From contig JAKMXF010000348.1 in NCBI GenBank assembly GCA_024704765.1, forward strand, positions 3,401 to 67,400: a stretch of 64,000 nucleotides of DNA, in the 5' to 3' direction. This DNA comes from Oopsacas minuta (Eukaryota > Animalia > Porifera). The notes beneath the pieces are model-generated. The model was not told where the DNA came from. It made no database searches and saw nothing but the letters and a program-made list of their open reading frames with translations. The position numbers and the translations under genes were made by a program. The first letter of the stretch is position 1. The number at the start of each line of letters is the position of its first letter. This document shows positions 1-13,395 of the stretch, one piece after another.

Positions 1-1419
1 GGAATAAACTGGTAATGATCAAGTAAAAGAGAAAAATCCAATAATAGAATACTTTGACGGTTGGGTAGGCGGCATACCTCCTGCCAGATTTTTCTAGATC
101 CGCCCCTGGGCCAAGTTTGCTCAAAATCAACCTGGCCAGAAATTGATGTAAATGTCTCTCTGTGTGGCCAAATTGTGTCTAAGTTTTTCATAGTACCTCG
201 GTTGAGAATCCCTGTTATAATATAAAATGCCGGGCCCAAATCTCAGCGGCTCGGACCATTATGGCATGACAGGCCCCTTTTGTCAACAAACTTTCAGTAC
301 ATAACTTCTTATGAAAATGGCTTGGAGTCTTGGACAGAGTAATAGAAAAATTGAAAAGCACAATTTCAGATAAGTATAATTTAAAAGTTGCTAGTACGTA
401 TGTGAAGTTCTAATCGAGGAACATTGGCAACGCAATTTGTACACCTGTGTTGTGAAAGTTTTTTTAATTAATTTCTGGGTACCGAATCCGATTCTGAAGT
501 CCAATGCATTTCGTCACGTAAACTCACAAAATTACTAAATTTCAGAAATAATTCTACTATAATGCAGTATGGATTTTGTATTAATATACAGAATACGCTA
601 ATCAGTGGCGGATAATCATTGAGACCAATAAGGCCGAAGTCTCTCGGCCCCAGAAGGATTATGAAATATCTATTTACTACGGATCCTTGTAATTTCAAGT
701 GTTCCCCTTATTTCCACGATGTGAAAAACTTGAAAATGTTATAGTCTGATTCAGAGTACTATGTTGCCCAGCATTTCGGATTCAGCATACTGAGTGACTG
801 TAAATATAGTTAGGCTCAGACCCGAGTGCAGTTAATCTGCCAATGACTCTAATGCGTTAAATCCAATATCCATGAATGAAATTGATTGTAAAAGATTCTT
901 TAATCAGTGGTGAATTATTCGACATATTTACAGATCAGATATTGAATTTTCGAATCATGATACCCTTCAAATTTCTTACATATCCTGAGAACATCAAATT
1001 GAAGCTCATCCTGGAATCATTCGCTATCTTTATTGTAGCCGAAAAATCTTGTGTTCTATTCTATATAAATTTTCAATGTAACAATATCTTTGCTGGTATA
1101 TCTCTAATTAAAACTGAATTATTTGAATTATACTCTAGTTTCTATGAATTCATATTCTATTGATGATTTATCTTAGGTATTACTCGTGTTATGAATTTTC
1201 AGATTGTGTGTTTTGAGAAATTATGGAAAATATTTCATTCTCACCAGTACATTTGTGGTTCTCAAAGGAATCATGAGTGTGGAGTACATGCAGATGAGGC
1301 AAATAGTCACGAATGAATATGTAAATATCTATGTAAGTACGTATAGTGAAATGATAGTATATTAACTATATTTGCGATTTGCATACTTAATTTCTCAGAT
1401 AGTATAACTCAAATTTCAA

Positions 1420-2969
1420 ATGCCAAAATTAACAAAAGTAAGATGGATGATTATGGAACTTCTCTATCTGAGTAGAGTGGCGTTAGTTGCTTTTCCCAGC
1501 ATATTATTCATTACAATACAAGTTGGGACGGGAATTATTTTTCTCTAACGTACATCAGGTACTGATATCAGTGAAAAGGTAGGCACGATATTCCTTGCAC
1601 AGTCAATAATTGGAGTTACTAGCATTTCAGTTTTTCAAGGATTTGTCTCTGCTGTAAATGCATTGTACTCTTAAGCACATGGTGCTGGTAATCACAAATT
1701 AGTGGGAACATATTTCATGAGAGCACTGGGTATATCTTCTCTTATGTATTTCCCATTGTGTACCATCTGGATAAGCGTTAAACTTATCGTATGTTATTTC
1801 AGCGGAAACAAAATGTTAGCAGAAGGAGCTGGTCGATACACATCATTATTCTGCTTTTGTTATCCAGCGAATATTTTCTGGAGAGTTACCTGGGTGGATT
1901 CTTGCAAGCACAGAATATCATATTCTCTGAATAGTTTTTGATAGTAGTGAGTTGTATAACTAATATTACTATCCAGTACACACTTGTAGTGACCTTTGAT
2001 ATTTGAATAATAGGTTTAGCTTTAGCAACTGTGATTACTTCAAACCTCGTTGCTGTTTTCATGCTCGCATACATACGAATGACTAATGTCCACATGAAAA
2101 ACTTCAGTGGGTTGTCGGTAGCAATTCTAACCGAATGGTATCACTTTTTGAAGTATGGCGCAATTAGTGTACTACCAATGTGGATTAAACTATTGCTAAT
2201 GAGTGTAGTTCCAATGATGGTACTTGGTTTCATCCTGAAAGATACTCAACAACTAGCTCTCAATGGAATTTTGAATTCGATTTGGTATCTAACTCTTTCA
2301 GTTTCGATCGGTTGTGGAATCAGTGCATCAGTTAGAATAGGAAATCTTCTTGGAGAGACTAATCTTCAAGTGGCAAAGAAATGAACAGCATTAGCAGTTG
2401 TATCAATATTTGTAATACAAAGTGTTATAGGAGCTTTAGTATCTTCTCTTGCTAGTCCTCTCTCTTATCTCTCACATCTGTTGAATCGATGAGAGAGCAA
2501 ATCGAATTTGGAGTGAAGATTCTTGGCTTTTGCATTAGTCTGAATATTTTTTCCTCAATAAAATAGCATATTAACTGCCTGCTTCCTTCAAATCTATGCA
2601 ACACTAACTCAGTTTATCATTGTCGTAATAATTACTATTCCAATAAGTGTTTTACTAGTACTTTTGGTTCCTTGGAGATCTGTTGCATTTATACGAATAA
2701 CATCTATCGGATTCTTCTTTATTGGAATAATCTTAATCTTTCTTTTGTATTGTTACAATTGGGATAATATTCTCAACAAGGTTGTAGAAAATTCTCGTCT
2801 ACCACAACCTCAATGTTTGAATCAATATTCTATGGATAACTTGGATAATGAAATAGAAGATGGCCTTCCTCTATCGAAACGTGTTAAAATATTGCTCATA
2901 CTTCGATATCTAGTGATTTTGTTATTTCGAATTGTGTTGTTTGTCTTAGCTTATGTTTTTATTGATTGA
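1420..2969 (+). pseudogene. MATE/SLC47-family transporter pseudogene
   Basis: Recognisable MATE segments: NALYS*AHGAGNHKLVG, FLQAQNII, EWYHFLKYG, ISASVRIGNLLG. In-frame TAA at 1546-1548 and 1672-1674, TGA at 2382-2384, plus frameshifts between the ORF pieces 1702-1941, 2031-2384 and 2664-2969. Confidence 0.85.
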
Positions 2970-3124
2970 GAAAAGATTGTTGTTACTAAAACACTTGAAA
3001 GACTTTGATGCTAATTACTAATTTCACCTGGCATACCTGTGAAATAAAATTTATATTTATATTTCTTACATCAAATTCATTTAATATCAATTACTTATCC
3101 ATAATTTGTTTAGTTTCAAATCGC

Positions 3125-3255
3125 CTATTCTTTTACTTTAGAATCTGAAAGAACATCCTCTTCATAAACTTTGACCATCATATTGTGTATATCCACGGGA
3201 GATTCTCCAAGCCTTGTACAAAACATGATTACCGCTCTCTGTTCAATTCTTGAGA
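3125..3255 (-). mobile_element. mariner (Mos1-like) transposase N-terminal HTH remnant
   Basis: Minus strand reads SRIEQRAVIMFCTRLGESPVDIHNMMVKVYEEDVLSDSKVKE*, matching the mariner N-terminal consensus EQRAVIKF..LG.S..E.H.ML..VYG...LS. No TIRs found. Confidence 0.7.
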
Positions 3256-3601
3256 AGCCCTTTCAATCAAAAATGGAATAATGAGTCACCCAAGAAATTG
3301 CAATACAGACAAACTATAATTCAGAATTGCATACTTTAAATTTTATAGGGCATTGTTGTGGTTAACTACTGCAAACACAGATGAGCATGCATATACGTAC
3401 ATAGCTAGTTAAGATATAATAGCATAGGGCTTAGAACATATTGAACACCCTAAGTATATTGTCCGTTGCAAATTTTAATTTCTGCTATTTGGTATAATAA
3501 AGTATATTTAAATTTTGCAAGCTATTCGTAGAAAGATTATCCAATGAATTTCTAACTCATATGCAAAATACAGATTGTAGGTGAGATAAGCAATAAGTAT
3601 G

Positions 3602-3764
3602 NNNNNNNNNNNNNNNNNNNNNNNNNNNNNNNNNNNNNNNNNNNNNNNNNNNNNNNNNNNNNNNNNNNNNNNNNNNNNNNNNNNNNNNNNNNNNNNNNNN
3701 NNNNNNNNNNNNNNNNNNNNNNNNNNNNNNNNNNNNNNNNNNNNNNNNNNNNNNNNNNNNNNNN
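3602..3764. other. assembly gap (run of N)
   Basis: 163 consecutive N. Confidence 1.
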
Positions 3765-4117
3765 AAATGATCGTGAACAAGATCCTTTTAAGACAAGTAT
3801 CTAACAATATATACTGTGTTGTATACGAGTAGGGAGATCTCACTTGCTAATATTGCATATACTTTTGATTTAGACTTACTTCGGTACTTTACAAGTAATT
3901 TAATGACCAAATTCTTTGTATTCTATTTCTGATCACCATGAGATTCCCCATGATTATAGAAAAATAATGCTCACGATTTCATTATGAAGTAAGAGATATA
4001 TTCAGCAATACATTGGTCCACTTTACAAACATGATATAACTCTAATACATATAGTCATATAATCTTTAACAAATATACATTAATTCTAAATCAAATATAC
4101 CAATTCAGTCTTTATCA

Positions 4118-5263
4118 ATGTCAGTAATACTCGTAATATTAACTACTATACTGCTTATTGTATTCTTTGCGGTAAGTATTTACTGGACTTATGTTTTCGT
4201 GGTTAAAATATTTCTGTCAAAGAAATACATGAAGAGTGCTGCTAGAAACATCTCCGATGATGAATCAGGTTATATTTGTGAGCAATACTATTATCACTAT
4301 CAAACAGAAATAAGAAAATACATATTCTTACTTATGATTAACTTTATGGAGTTATTTGGTGCTGTTTCATATTATACACAAATGGTATTGCAGACCTACA
4401 AATATGATTCAAAACAAATAGCAAATAGCAGTATAGAAGTACATGTAGTGAATTGTGCAAATGTGAATAGCACTGTTTTGAGAGACAATCAGATTAGATC
4501 ATCTGCTATTCCATCAGTTACAATCTTCAGAGCATTTGGTAACGTGGCTGATATGTTTGTAGCAGGGTTGGGAGTTTGTCTGATGAGTTACTTGATAACC
4601 AGAATGAAGAATGGATCTATCCCGAATAACATCAAAATTACGAGGTTTATTATCATTTTATTGGTGACTAGTATTGTCATCATCTTAACTTCATATTTTA
4701 CATTCTACATTATCTTGAGTGGAGTGATATTTCTGCCTGTTTTAACCATTAATCTACTTTTATTCATAAAATATGTGAATAAATTTAAAGAAGCTCTCCT
4801 ACAGATAGCATTTGAGCGTCTCTCACAACACGGATCGAATAAGATAGAAATGAAACAATACAGATACTTCACATACAATATGTACTGTATTTGTATCGGA
4901 TTTTCCTTAATCACAATAAGTGCATATTCTGCGAATATTCCACGTTTCATATTGTCAGGTGTATTCTTCGGACATTGTTACTTCCCATTTAATCTTGTTT
5001 TCCCATCCAAGATGAAACTTCCATTTTCTGATCAATTTATGAATTATATCGATCTCATTGTTACTTACATACCATCAATAGAACATATAACAGCATTTTG
5101 TGGAGTAGTTATACTTATTTCCCCCTTTCTATTCATAACATTTTACACTTGGATCGTTATTCTATACCTAAAGACAAGAAGGAAATCTGACTTACAATTC
5201 AGATATCATGTGAACAGTAATAATGAAGAATCTATGTTGAAAGAAAATCTTTTGAAGAAATAA
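4118..5263 (+). CDS. orphan multi-pass (about 7 TM) membrane protein, intronless; paralog of 34151-35269 and 41278-42351
   Basis: 381-aa ORF with about 7 hydrophobic helices and motif YQTEIRKYIFLLMINFME, shared with the paralogs (AKTEYVKNIFLFLLNFVE; FQTESWKYLLLLF). Confidence 0.8.
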   Translation: MSVILVILTTILLIVFFAVSIYWTYVFVVKIFLSKKYMKSAARNISDDESGYICEQYYYHYQTEIRKYIFLLMINFMELFGAVSYYTQMVLQTYKYDSKQIANSSIEVHVVNCANVNSTVLRDNQIRSSAIPSVTIFRAFGNVADMFVAGLGVCLMSYLITRMKNGSIPNNIKITRFIIILLVTSIVIILTSYFTFYIILSGVIFLPVLTINLLLFIKYVNKFKEALLQIAFERLSQHGSNKIEMKQYRYFTYNMYCICIGFSLITISAYSANIPRFILSGVFFGHCYFPFNLVFPSKMKLPFSDQFMNYIDLIVTYIPSIEHITAFCGVVILISPFLFITFYTWIVILYLKTRRKSDLQFRYHVNSNNEESMLKENLLKK

Positions 5264-5636
5264 TTTCCATTACATAATTAAGGACTGTAGATTTGTATGT
5301 GAGGTTAATGCTCATACTCTATTGATATTTATGTATTATATGGAGTTATCCATTTATTTATACTGAATTTTACTAGTATTTTGTTATTAGATAAGTTTAT
5401 TAATATTTTGGAATTTTAGTGTGCATATTTGGTAGAAATTTTCTCACAAATCTAAACAACTGAACAATATATAAATAGATAATATTGAGTTGAATTAAGA
5501 GAAAATCCTTTTCAGCTTTAATGTTTGAATAATTTTGAGTTCTCCTAGAAATATGAACTTGTATCATATTGTAGGTAATAGACTAATAGGTATTCGTGGT
5601 CTACTACCTACACTGACGTGTATGTTACCAAAATGC

Positions 5637-6162
5637 GGGGCGCCTACATTAGGTCGAATTTACTATGAATGCATTAGGTCGAATTCTATTTCAGCTAAGT
5701 TGTCGATAGAGCGAATGTATATTAGCTACGAATATCTCGTATTTAAGGCCAATTCATATTTTGAGAAACACTGAATGCTTCCTTAAATTTCGAAAAAATC
5801 TACAAAAACGTTTTAAAAGCAAAAAGTCCAGCGATCCCCCATTTTGGAAACTTTTCTAATAATTAATCCAACAAAGGTCCATTTAAACATAAAATTACCA
5901 TGGACTCCACATCCCCGCCTCTATGTAGTTTAATAACGAATACAAATGAAAACTCCAAGACCAATAATGTAGTGAACGAAATCCCTAATCCCCTCCCAAT
6001 GGTACGGGTTTATAATTAATACAATAAAATGTCCTATCACGTCCTCGTTTTTATACATCCATTTTCTACATCGATCTATCACAACGTCTTAATTCGACTT
6101 AATGCATACATTTTAAATTCGACCTAATGCCAACTCCGGAATTCGACCTAATGCAGCGCCCC
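5637..6162. mobile_element. Mutator-like (MULE) MITE, 526 bp
   Basis: Imperfect TIRs GGGGCGC(C)T(A/G)CATTAGGTCGAATT, subterminal CATTAGGTCGAA repeats, and a 9-bp target-site duplication CCAAAATGC at 5628-5636 and 6163-6171. Confidence 0.8.
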
Positions 6163-6703
6163 CCAAAATGCAAAGTAAGTGGAATAGGATATTCCATTTT
6201 CAACATCAATGACGCAAGCGTAACTTTCATATAATTGAATGATTTTATGACGGTAACCCCTAGAAAGTTCAATTGAAACTGAATCGTTTGCTAGAATAGT
6301 TTGTAATTATTTATATCAAAATAGAATTTAGTGGTTTCTAAGGAAATGAAAGTGTTAAATTGCAAATCATTGCTGATTATCAGATTTAGAGTTTAAACAC
6401 AATACAATTCCCAAAGCCCCATTATGTTAGTTCAATTCTGCTGTTAAATTTTTACTGAGAATATCAATACAGTATGTACAGGGTGGTTGATACCCTCATT
6501 TAGAAAGTATTGGGGGGGCGACCGCCCCTCTTGCCCCCCAGGATCGACGCCCTTGAGGATAGTTACAAATCGGTTTAGAGGTTACAATTTGAGGAAATGT
6601 TTCTGTGTTTTGACAACAATTTTCCAAATTCCTATGTGTCCAAGATTTTAATACATATGAACAGGATTCTGGAGATTTTTATTTTGAATATAATCTATCT
6701 ATA

Positions 6704-7642
6704 CATAGCCCAAGGACTGATCACTGAGTCAAGTTTCATTGGACCAAGGATGGGAGGGAGTGATCATATTTTGATAGGAAAATCTATAATCGCCGATAAT
6801 AAGAAACGAGTACATTTTCACCCGAATAAATGTATTATTGACATGTAAGAATTCACAAAAGCCACATTTGTGAAATTTTCAGATTGAAGTGACGTCATTC
6901 GTTAGTGTAATTGGCAAATATATATTAAAAACTGCACTATCTTTGAAACCATCTACAATGTTAATTATTAATCTATGTTCAAACTGTTGAAATACCAAAT
7001 AATCTAAAACTGTCTTCGTGCCAAATTTAATGATTTTTTCATGATAAAGTTCGCAATTTCTGAATTATCCCACAGACCATGGATGTCACATGTTTTGCCA
7101 ATATCCACTTATAACTCGATAATCGTGGAAATTATGCAATTATGGTCATATCAGGATGGCCATTTTATAGTAGACACCAAACTTTTCTTACCCTTGTGAT
7201 ATATTTTGATATGATATCTCTTACCAATATGCGCAATCTCAAAAATGACCATTTATGGGCATAATCATGATTACGTGCGATAACTCAGAAATTGCGAACT
7301 TTATCATGAAAAAATTAATATATTTTGTACGAAGACGGTTTTAGATTATTTGGTATTCCAACATTTTGAACACATAGATTAAAAATTAACGTTCTACATG
7401 GTTTCAAAGATGGTGCAGTTTTAATATATATTTGCCAATTACGCTAACAAATGACGTCACTTCGATCTGAAAATTTCAGAAATGTGGCCTTTGTGAAGTC
7501 TTACAAGTCGATAATGCATTTATTCGGGTGAAATGTATCAGTTTCTTATTATCGGCGTTTATAGATTTTCTCAGCAAAATATATCCACTTCCACTTATCC
7601 CTGGTCCAAAGTAGCGATCACGCTTTTCTTTAGGAGGCTATG
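6704..7642. mobile_element. foldback element / long-TIR MITE
   Basis: 6704-7068 is an imperfect reverse complement of 7279-7642 (for example cacccgaataaatg...gttcgcaatttctga versus tcagaaattgcgaac...catttattcgggtg). No TSD resolved. Confidence 0.75.
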
Positions 7643-7664
7643 CTCTATTATATTCCGATTTAGA

Positions 7665-10600
7665 ATGTCGAAATTAGATCTCTCTTCTCCAAGCAGTAGT
7701 AGCATTGCTAAAGACTTAGCCAGCGAGCAGAGACGAGAGAAGAATGCTCAAGTTGAGCGTACGAATTTGCTGAACATGCTAAAGCTGTCTATCAAAGCTC
7801 TAATTGAATCCTATATGGAGTTACGTAAGCAGATAACTGATGGACACAGAGAGTTAGAGCAGTTCTTTATAATTCTAGAAGATATTCTCAGACATAGGAT
7901 TAGAACTAAGAGAAATATTCTTGGTGCTAAAAGGGAATTTCTAGGTTTGTAAACTTAATGAATTAGTTCACTTTGTTATACCGCGCAGTTGTTCCAGTTT
8001 TGATACGGAAGTGGAACCGAAAGTTACAGATCCAATGGTGCTCCGAGGGGGAGAAAACTGGCCTTTTCACACAAGTTGAGATTTGAGTTCCACGTTCCTG
8101 CCTCAGATATGCCAGATCCGGGACCGCTCTGGTCCCAACCAGAGCCAATGTGCCCAATCCTAAAGGTACTAGGCCAGTGAATATTTCTGCTCCAGTGGTG
8201 TAACCATGATGGGGTACCCTTGCCCTTATTCGTTACTGATATTTTTTATCATTCATTATATTTCCCGATATTTGCTAACTTGATTCCTCCATAAATCTCA
8301 GTTAGATAAGCTCTACAAAATCTCTTGAATTTTCTGTGGATCGTCATAAGAGGCTGAATATACTATTTAGCTTAGCTTCCCCATACCAGTTTAAGTAATT
8401 TATCCCTCGAGAGTGGGGACCATACATATGATATTAATTCGAATCTTGTGTGTGTTGTATACGGCGATTAGAAAACAGAATTTGAATTTGTCAAAAATTT
8501 GAATTTTTCCTTTCCACAGGTTTTGGCGAAACAGTATATTTCCAGCGAATTGCATTTATAATAGTTTATAGATATTTTGCGTAATTTTTCCTTTAATATA
8601 ATTTCGTAAGTCAAGAGTTCTTGGCTAACAGAGCTCAGTGCACCACGAATACTGAGATCAGGGCGCTGGAGCGTGCCCGGATCTTCGAAATTTCAAGAAC
8701 CTCAGAAATAACAATTAATCTATGGTAGATCCAATTTGTATAAAATATGAAAAGTCTAATCGCATTTGAAATTACGAAATGTTTTACCATTTGTGGTTAC
8801 TAATAATTATATAATTATACTAAATATAACTCAGGTAAATGAAAAATTAGCTGAAAATTGTCAAATTATTCAAACTTTTTGGCGAAATGACGCCCGGTTT
8901 AGAGAGGTTCTGTTTACAGAAATGGTCCCCTATATGTTTATTACATATTTATCCATGGATGGTGGATTTCGTGTACTTTATGTTTTATAGAAAACCTCTC
9001 TCAAATCCCGCATCAGTCCTACTTTCATATAAACGATTTGTTAATGGTTAAGGCTCAACCATGGATTACTTTATAATCACAATATCTCCATAGGTGCTCT
9101 GGAAGCTATTGAAAAGGTATATCCTGACATTTCTTCTAACTTAACCAGTGCTAAGACCATGCCTGGCATAAAGACTATCCTCGGTAAGTGTAGAGCATGG
9201 TTAAGACTCTCACTGATGGGAAAATGTATTGCTGATGACTTCAAGGCCCTGATTGATAATAAACAATTGCTAGTAGACTGGTATGAACCTGATTCAATTA
9301 TATTCACAGAAGATGCTGTTGTTATTGGTGGACTACTACAATCACTGAATGCACTAGATTATAACCTGACAAGTGATGGGTCAGAATTTGATATTGAAAG
9401 CATTGCAATAGACTTTAGTATGTTTCTGAAAGATGGTAACTATCTTAAAACATCTAATCCTCCATCTTCACCCACACATGCTCAAAACGCATCACCCGGT
9501 ACTAACGAATTTTCTATGTTACTTGACCAGAAGGCTTACCTCGAGGAATTGAATAAAAAACTCACACAAGAGTTGGCACAAGCAAATATTATCATTGAGG
9601 AACAAGGACTAAATCTGAAAACTAAAAAGTTAGAAAAATCTGATTTAGAAGTGAAGCTAGATACAACAGTTAAGGAATTATCTGACCTGAAAACTATCGT
9701 AGAATCTTCTTCACTCGTGCATAAGAAGGAATTGGAAGTAATTACCAGTGACTTAGATGTTGAGAGAGAAACATATCAGCATTCACGTAGTACACTAAAT
9801 GAGTTATATCAAGCTGTACAGAAACAGTTAGAGTCTGAATTAAAACTGAGACAGGAATTGGAAAAGGAATTGAGTGGTCAGAGACATTTAAGGAGTGAGA
9901 GTGAGGTAGCAACTAGATTGTTAGAAAAGAATATACAAGAGAAACAGGATAGTATTATTTCCATGCGTGAGCAGTTGAGTGAGACTAAAATATCCCTGGT
10001 ACAGATGCAGAGTAAGATTGAAGAGCAAGTAAGTACTGATTGAGTAGAATGGGGTAATATAGAAGGTTCCTTTGTGTGAGAAATCTCTGCTACCAAATTT
10101 AAAATTCATTCATAGGTCATTTAGGGCCGCAAAATTCACTTAAGATATCCATGGTTCCCCAATGTAGGCGCTGTTAGGTAACAAGCTACATATATAACTT
10201 CCAGTACTATAGGATATTACATATATTATATAACACTTATCCCTTGATCGATACAAGACTGTCATTATTTTATCATGGCTATTGCAACTCATTTTTCTGA
10301 CTCAGGCCAGCTGTCCATAAAACTGTCAAACTCTCATTAATTTCTAAAAGATTATTTCCTACTCTCATCCCACCTACCGGCTACCCATAGGCCCTAGTTT
10401 TAAAACCAATTACAAAATTTACAACTTTATAGGAGCCGTTCAAAATTCCCTTTGTTTTGCTCCCTCCCCTCTTTGTATCACCCTTTTTCACTATTTTGTA
10501 ATACAAAATGAATAGGACTGTCACCCTCCGCATACCTCCCCTCTCCCCTTTTGCCTTACGTAGCGTTTGAACGATCCCAGAACAATCTAATCTTATGATT

Positions 10601-12587
10601 GTAGTTTTTCATCAATTATTTGGTGACAGGGTTTCGCCATCTCAAAAACGAATTGACTTAGACCAGAATTATCTGTAGTCAATTTTGTTATTTGTTTCAT
10701 TAATAGACAGAAATTGCCAGTGATCAGTCACAACGTATAGAGTCCCTTGAGACTACTTGTGGGGGGTTATCTAAAGATAATCAAATACTGAGGACTGAGA
10801 TTCAGAGGAATAAGGAGCAGTTACAAATATCTCAACATTCTGCTACACAGCTGACTTCTGCTCTTAATGAATCAGAACAGAGGTACAGTAGAATATTAAG
10901 ATATAATAATAGGTGTAGTAGCCCAGAATATACCCCTGTTAAGTTGTCTGGACATACATATTTGTAATGGATTAACGTGAATGCTACCTGTGTTTTATAT
11001 GGGCTTTACACTGGCTGTCTAATCTCGCCTGGGAATGTCACTTAAACTGGTTTTTCCCATATTAGAATGTTTACGTATTGTTATTTATTTATTATAACAT
11101 TCATTATACTGAATCGAACTCGTTCTTCAAGCTATCGACAACTTGAACTACCAATTCGTGATCAGGTCGCCCGACAACAGGGCGGTCCTAGAATCTCGCA
11201 TACCCTGGGCTAGGCCAGGGCAGGGCAATAATTTTCAAACTCTTGAGCAAATCCGCCGTTTATCCCTCTAGGATTGCCACTGACCCGAGTAAATTTGCCA
11301 ATTCTACATCCCTAGAATATTTATATATACCTGGCGGCCAAGGGGCAGGATATGAAATTGTTATAATCGTACTATATGAACCTTGTTCAGTTGATTCAAG
11401 CTTAAAACGAACTTTGATATCCGAAATGATGGCATGTTCACTATTTTATCATCGAAAATCTATTGTTCTATTATTCCTTGTTCTCTCTCAGATTTCAGAA
11501 TACAGAACGTGACCTTAAGATGGAGAGACAATGGCGTACAGCTCTACAGAGTGAGTTAGAACAGGTAAATACTGCTAATTTAGAGCTTACTAAAGAGAGC
11601 GAGCAGCTAGCAGCTTTGAAAATAGAACATGAAGGTCTGCAAATTAGAGTGGGAGACCTTCAAGAGGTTTGTAATAACATTTCTATATTAATTACATTTA
11701 ATCTTTGAATTTCTTTTCAATGTTATAAATACAGATTTTGGGTCATATAATATACAGCAGAACAAATATTAGTACGTGTAAATCGAGTGTACGAGTTCTA
11801 CTGTAGGTAGATGTTTAAAAAATAACATATGTTCGGGTTCATGCCAAAGTGTACTGACTTTTACTTTTGATCAGTCACCGTCACTCAATTATCCGAACAT
11901 CTCATTCTAACTTTCTAATTTGCGGCAATCCCATCCATGGTGTCCAGTTATTGACAATCATAGGGCGCTAGAAATGTGAATACTTAAATGATGGAATTGT
12001 TTCAAATTGTCTGTAATTTTAAATACTTATATTGAAAACCAAATGAATTAACGTAAACAAAGCTGATCAGTAATTTGTAAATACAACCGTGATGTTATCG
12101 CTGTTAACTTCTGTTATAATTAACCTGTATATGGGGAAAAGCTATTGGGACAAAAGTCCAGATTTTAGTTTCCTGGGAATAATTCTTCTGTCCAAATCAC
12201 GTGACCGTCGCTATTTTATTTCTCTCTAACATATGACCTACGTTTACGTAATAAAATATTATATAATTTCAATCCCATAATTAGGCATGTGCAGAGCAAG
12301 AGATTGCCTTAGTAGAAATGGGCCAGTCATTAAGTTCAGCACATCAAAACCTGTCAAATGTCAAACTCTCAAACAGACGCATGTGGGTAGAAGATAGAAC
12401 TACAAATGACTGTCAAAAGTGTCAAAAATCATTCACAATGAAACGTCGTAGACATCATTGTCGTAATTGTGGTGGAATATACTGTGCTGCTTGTTCAGAC
12501 AATAATTTCTCTATAGCAGCCTCCTCCAAGCCAGTTAGAGTCTGTGATAATTGTTATAATGTTTTGTGTGAAAGCTTACCTCAATGA
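7665..12587 (+). CDS. RUFY: RUN and FYVE domain protein (RUFY1/2-like), 5 exons: 7665-7944, 9094-10028, 10707-10882, 11492-11666, 12285-12587
   Basis: RUN motifs ERTNLLNMLKLSIKALIES and GKCRAWLRLSLM, coiled coil with DLKMERQWR, FYVE motifs WVED...RRRHHCRNCG...RVCDNC. All four introns are GT-AG with matching phases (1, 0, 2, 0). Confidence 0.93.
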
Positions 12588-13395
12588 CATACACAGCAGG
12601 TTCTATTTGATTGAAGAATGGAGGATTTTTATGTTTTTTTGCTGTAAATCTTTGTAAATTTGTTTTGCAATTATTATTACTTTATCGTTCTTTATTTTCT
12701 CAATTCAAATGTAATTATTCTGACAGAAAAATGGGAAGTGATTGATGGAAACACATTAATAGTTATATTTAAAAGCATACTCTTATATACCATATACAGT
12801 GACTAGAATTCGAGACACGATATTCCGACTTAGTATTAATTAATGCAATGAAATTTGATCCTTCACGCAAGTGAATAAACTGACTTATCAATTCAATTGA
12901 TTCTTTATTCCATGCAAATAGGAATATTACAATATTCGGAACGATCATTGCTCTTTGTTAAACTCTAAAAACAATTATAGTAATCAAACAATGCATTTAT
13001 CGTTTTAGGGAAAATAATAGTAACCCATGAAGTAATACTCGCTGTACAACATTAGCACCGAGTTAGCCGCACCCGAAAAATTTAAGATTACTTTTCCTCC
13101 CTGGTTAAGCTGGATAATCAGCTCTCCTCAGTGGCCAATTTTGGTGATCGAATTTCTCATCCTCTAGTCCACTATTCACAATGTTTCCAACAGGATGTTT
13201 GTGAAGTGCTCATTAATGAGATTGAGCGCCGTCTCTTTATCAATTATACATCAACTTAGATTAATCCCTATGCATAGACTCCACATCTTAACGCAGCTAA
13301 ACGTTCTAAGCCTGTAAGGGTGGTTAACAAACTTATTCGAGAACACGCTGTCTATACGTATTCTGATTATATAACTTGTTTTGTATTTTATTAAG

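Noticed and set aside
468-1163. ORFs 468-698 and 876-1163
   Set aside because: AT-rich, motif-free sequence with non-ATG or weak starts; likely non-coding or repeat remnants.
13100-13260. Coding-looking stretch upstream of the RdRP gene (…EVLINEIERRLF…)
   Set aside because: It is bounded by stops, has no ATG, and I found no in-phase splice into the main ORF.
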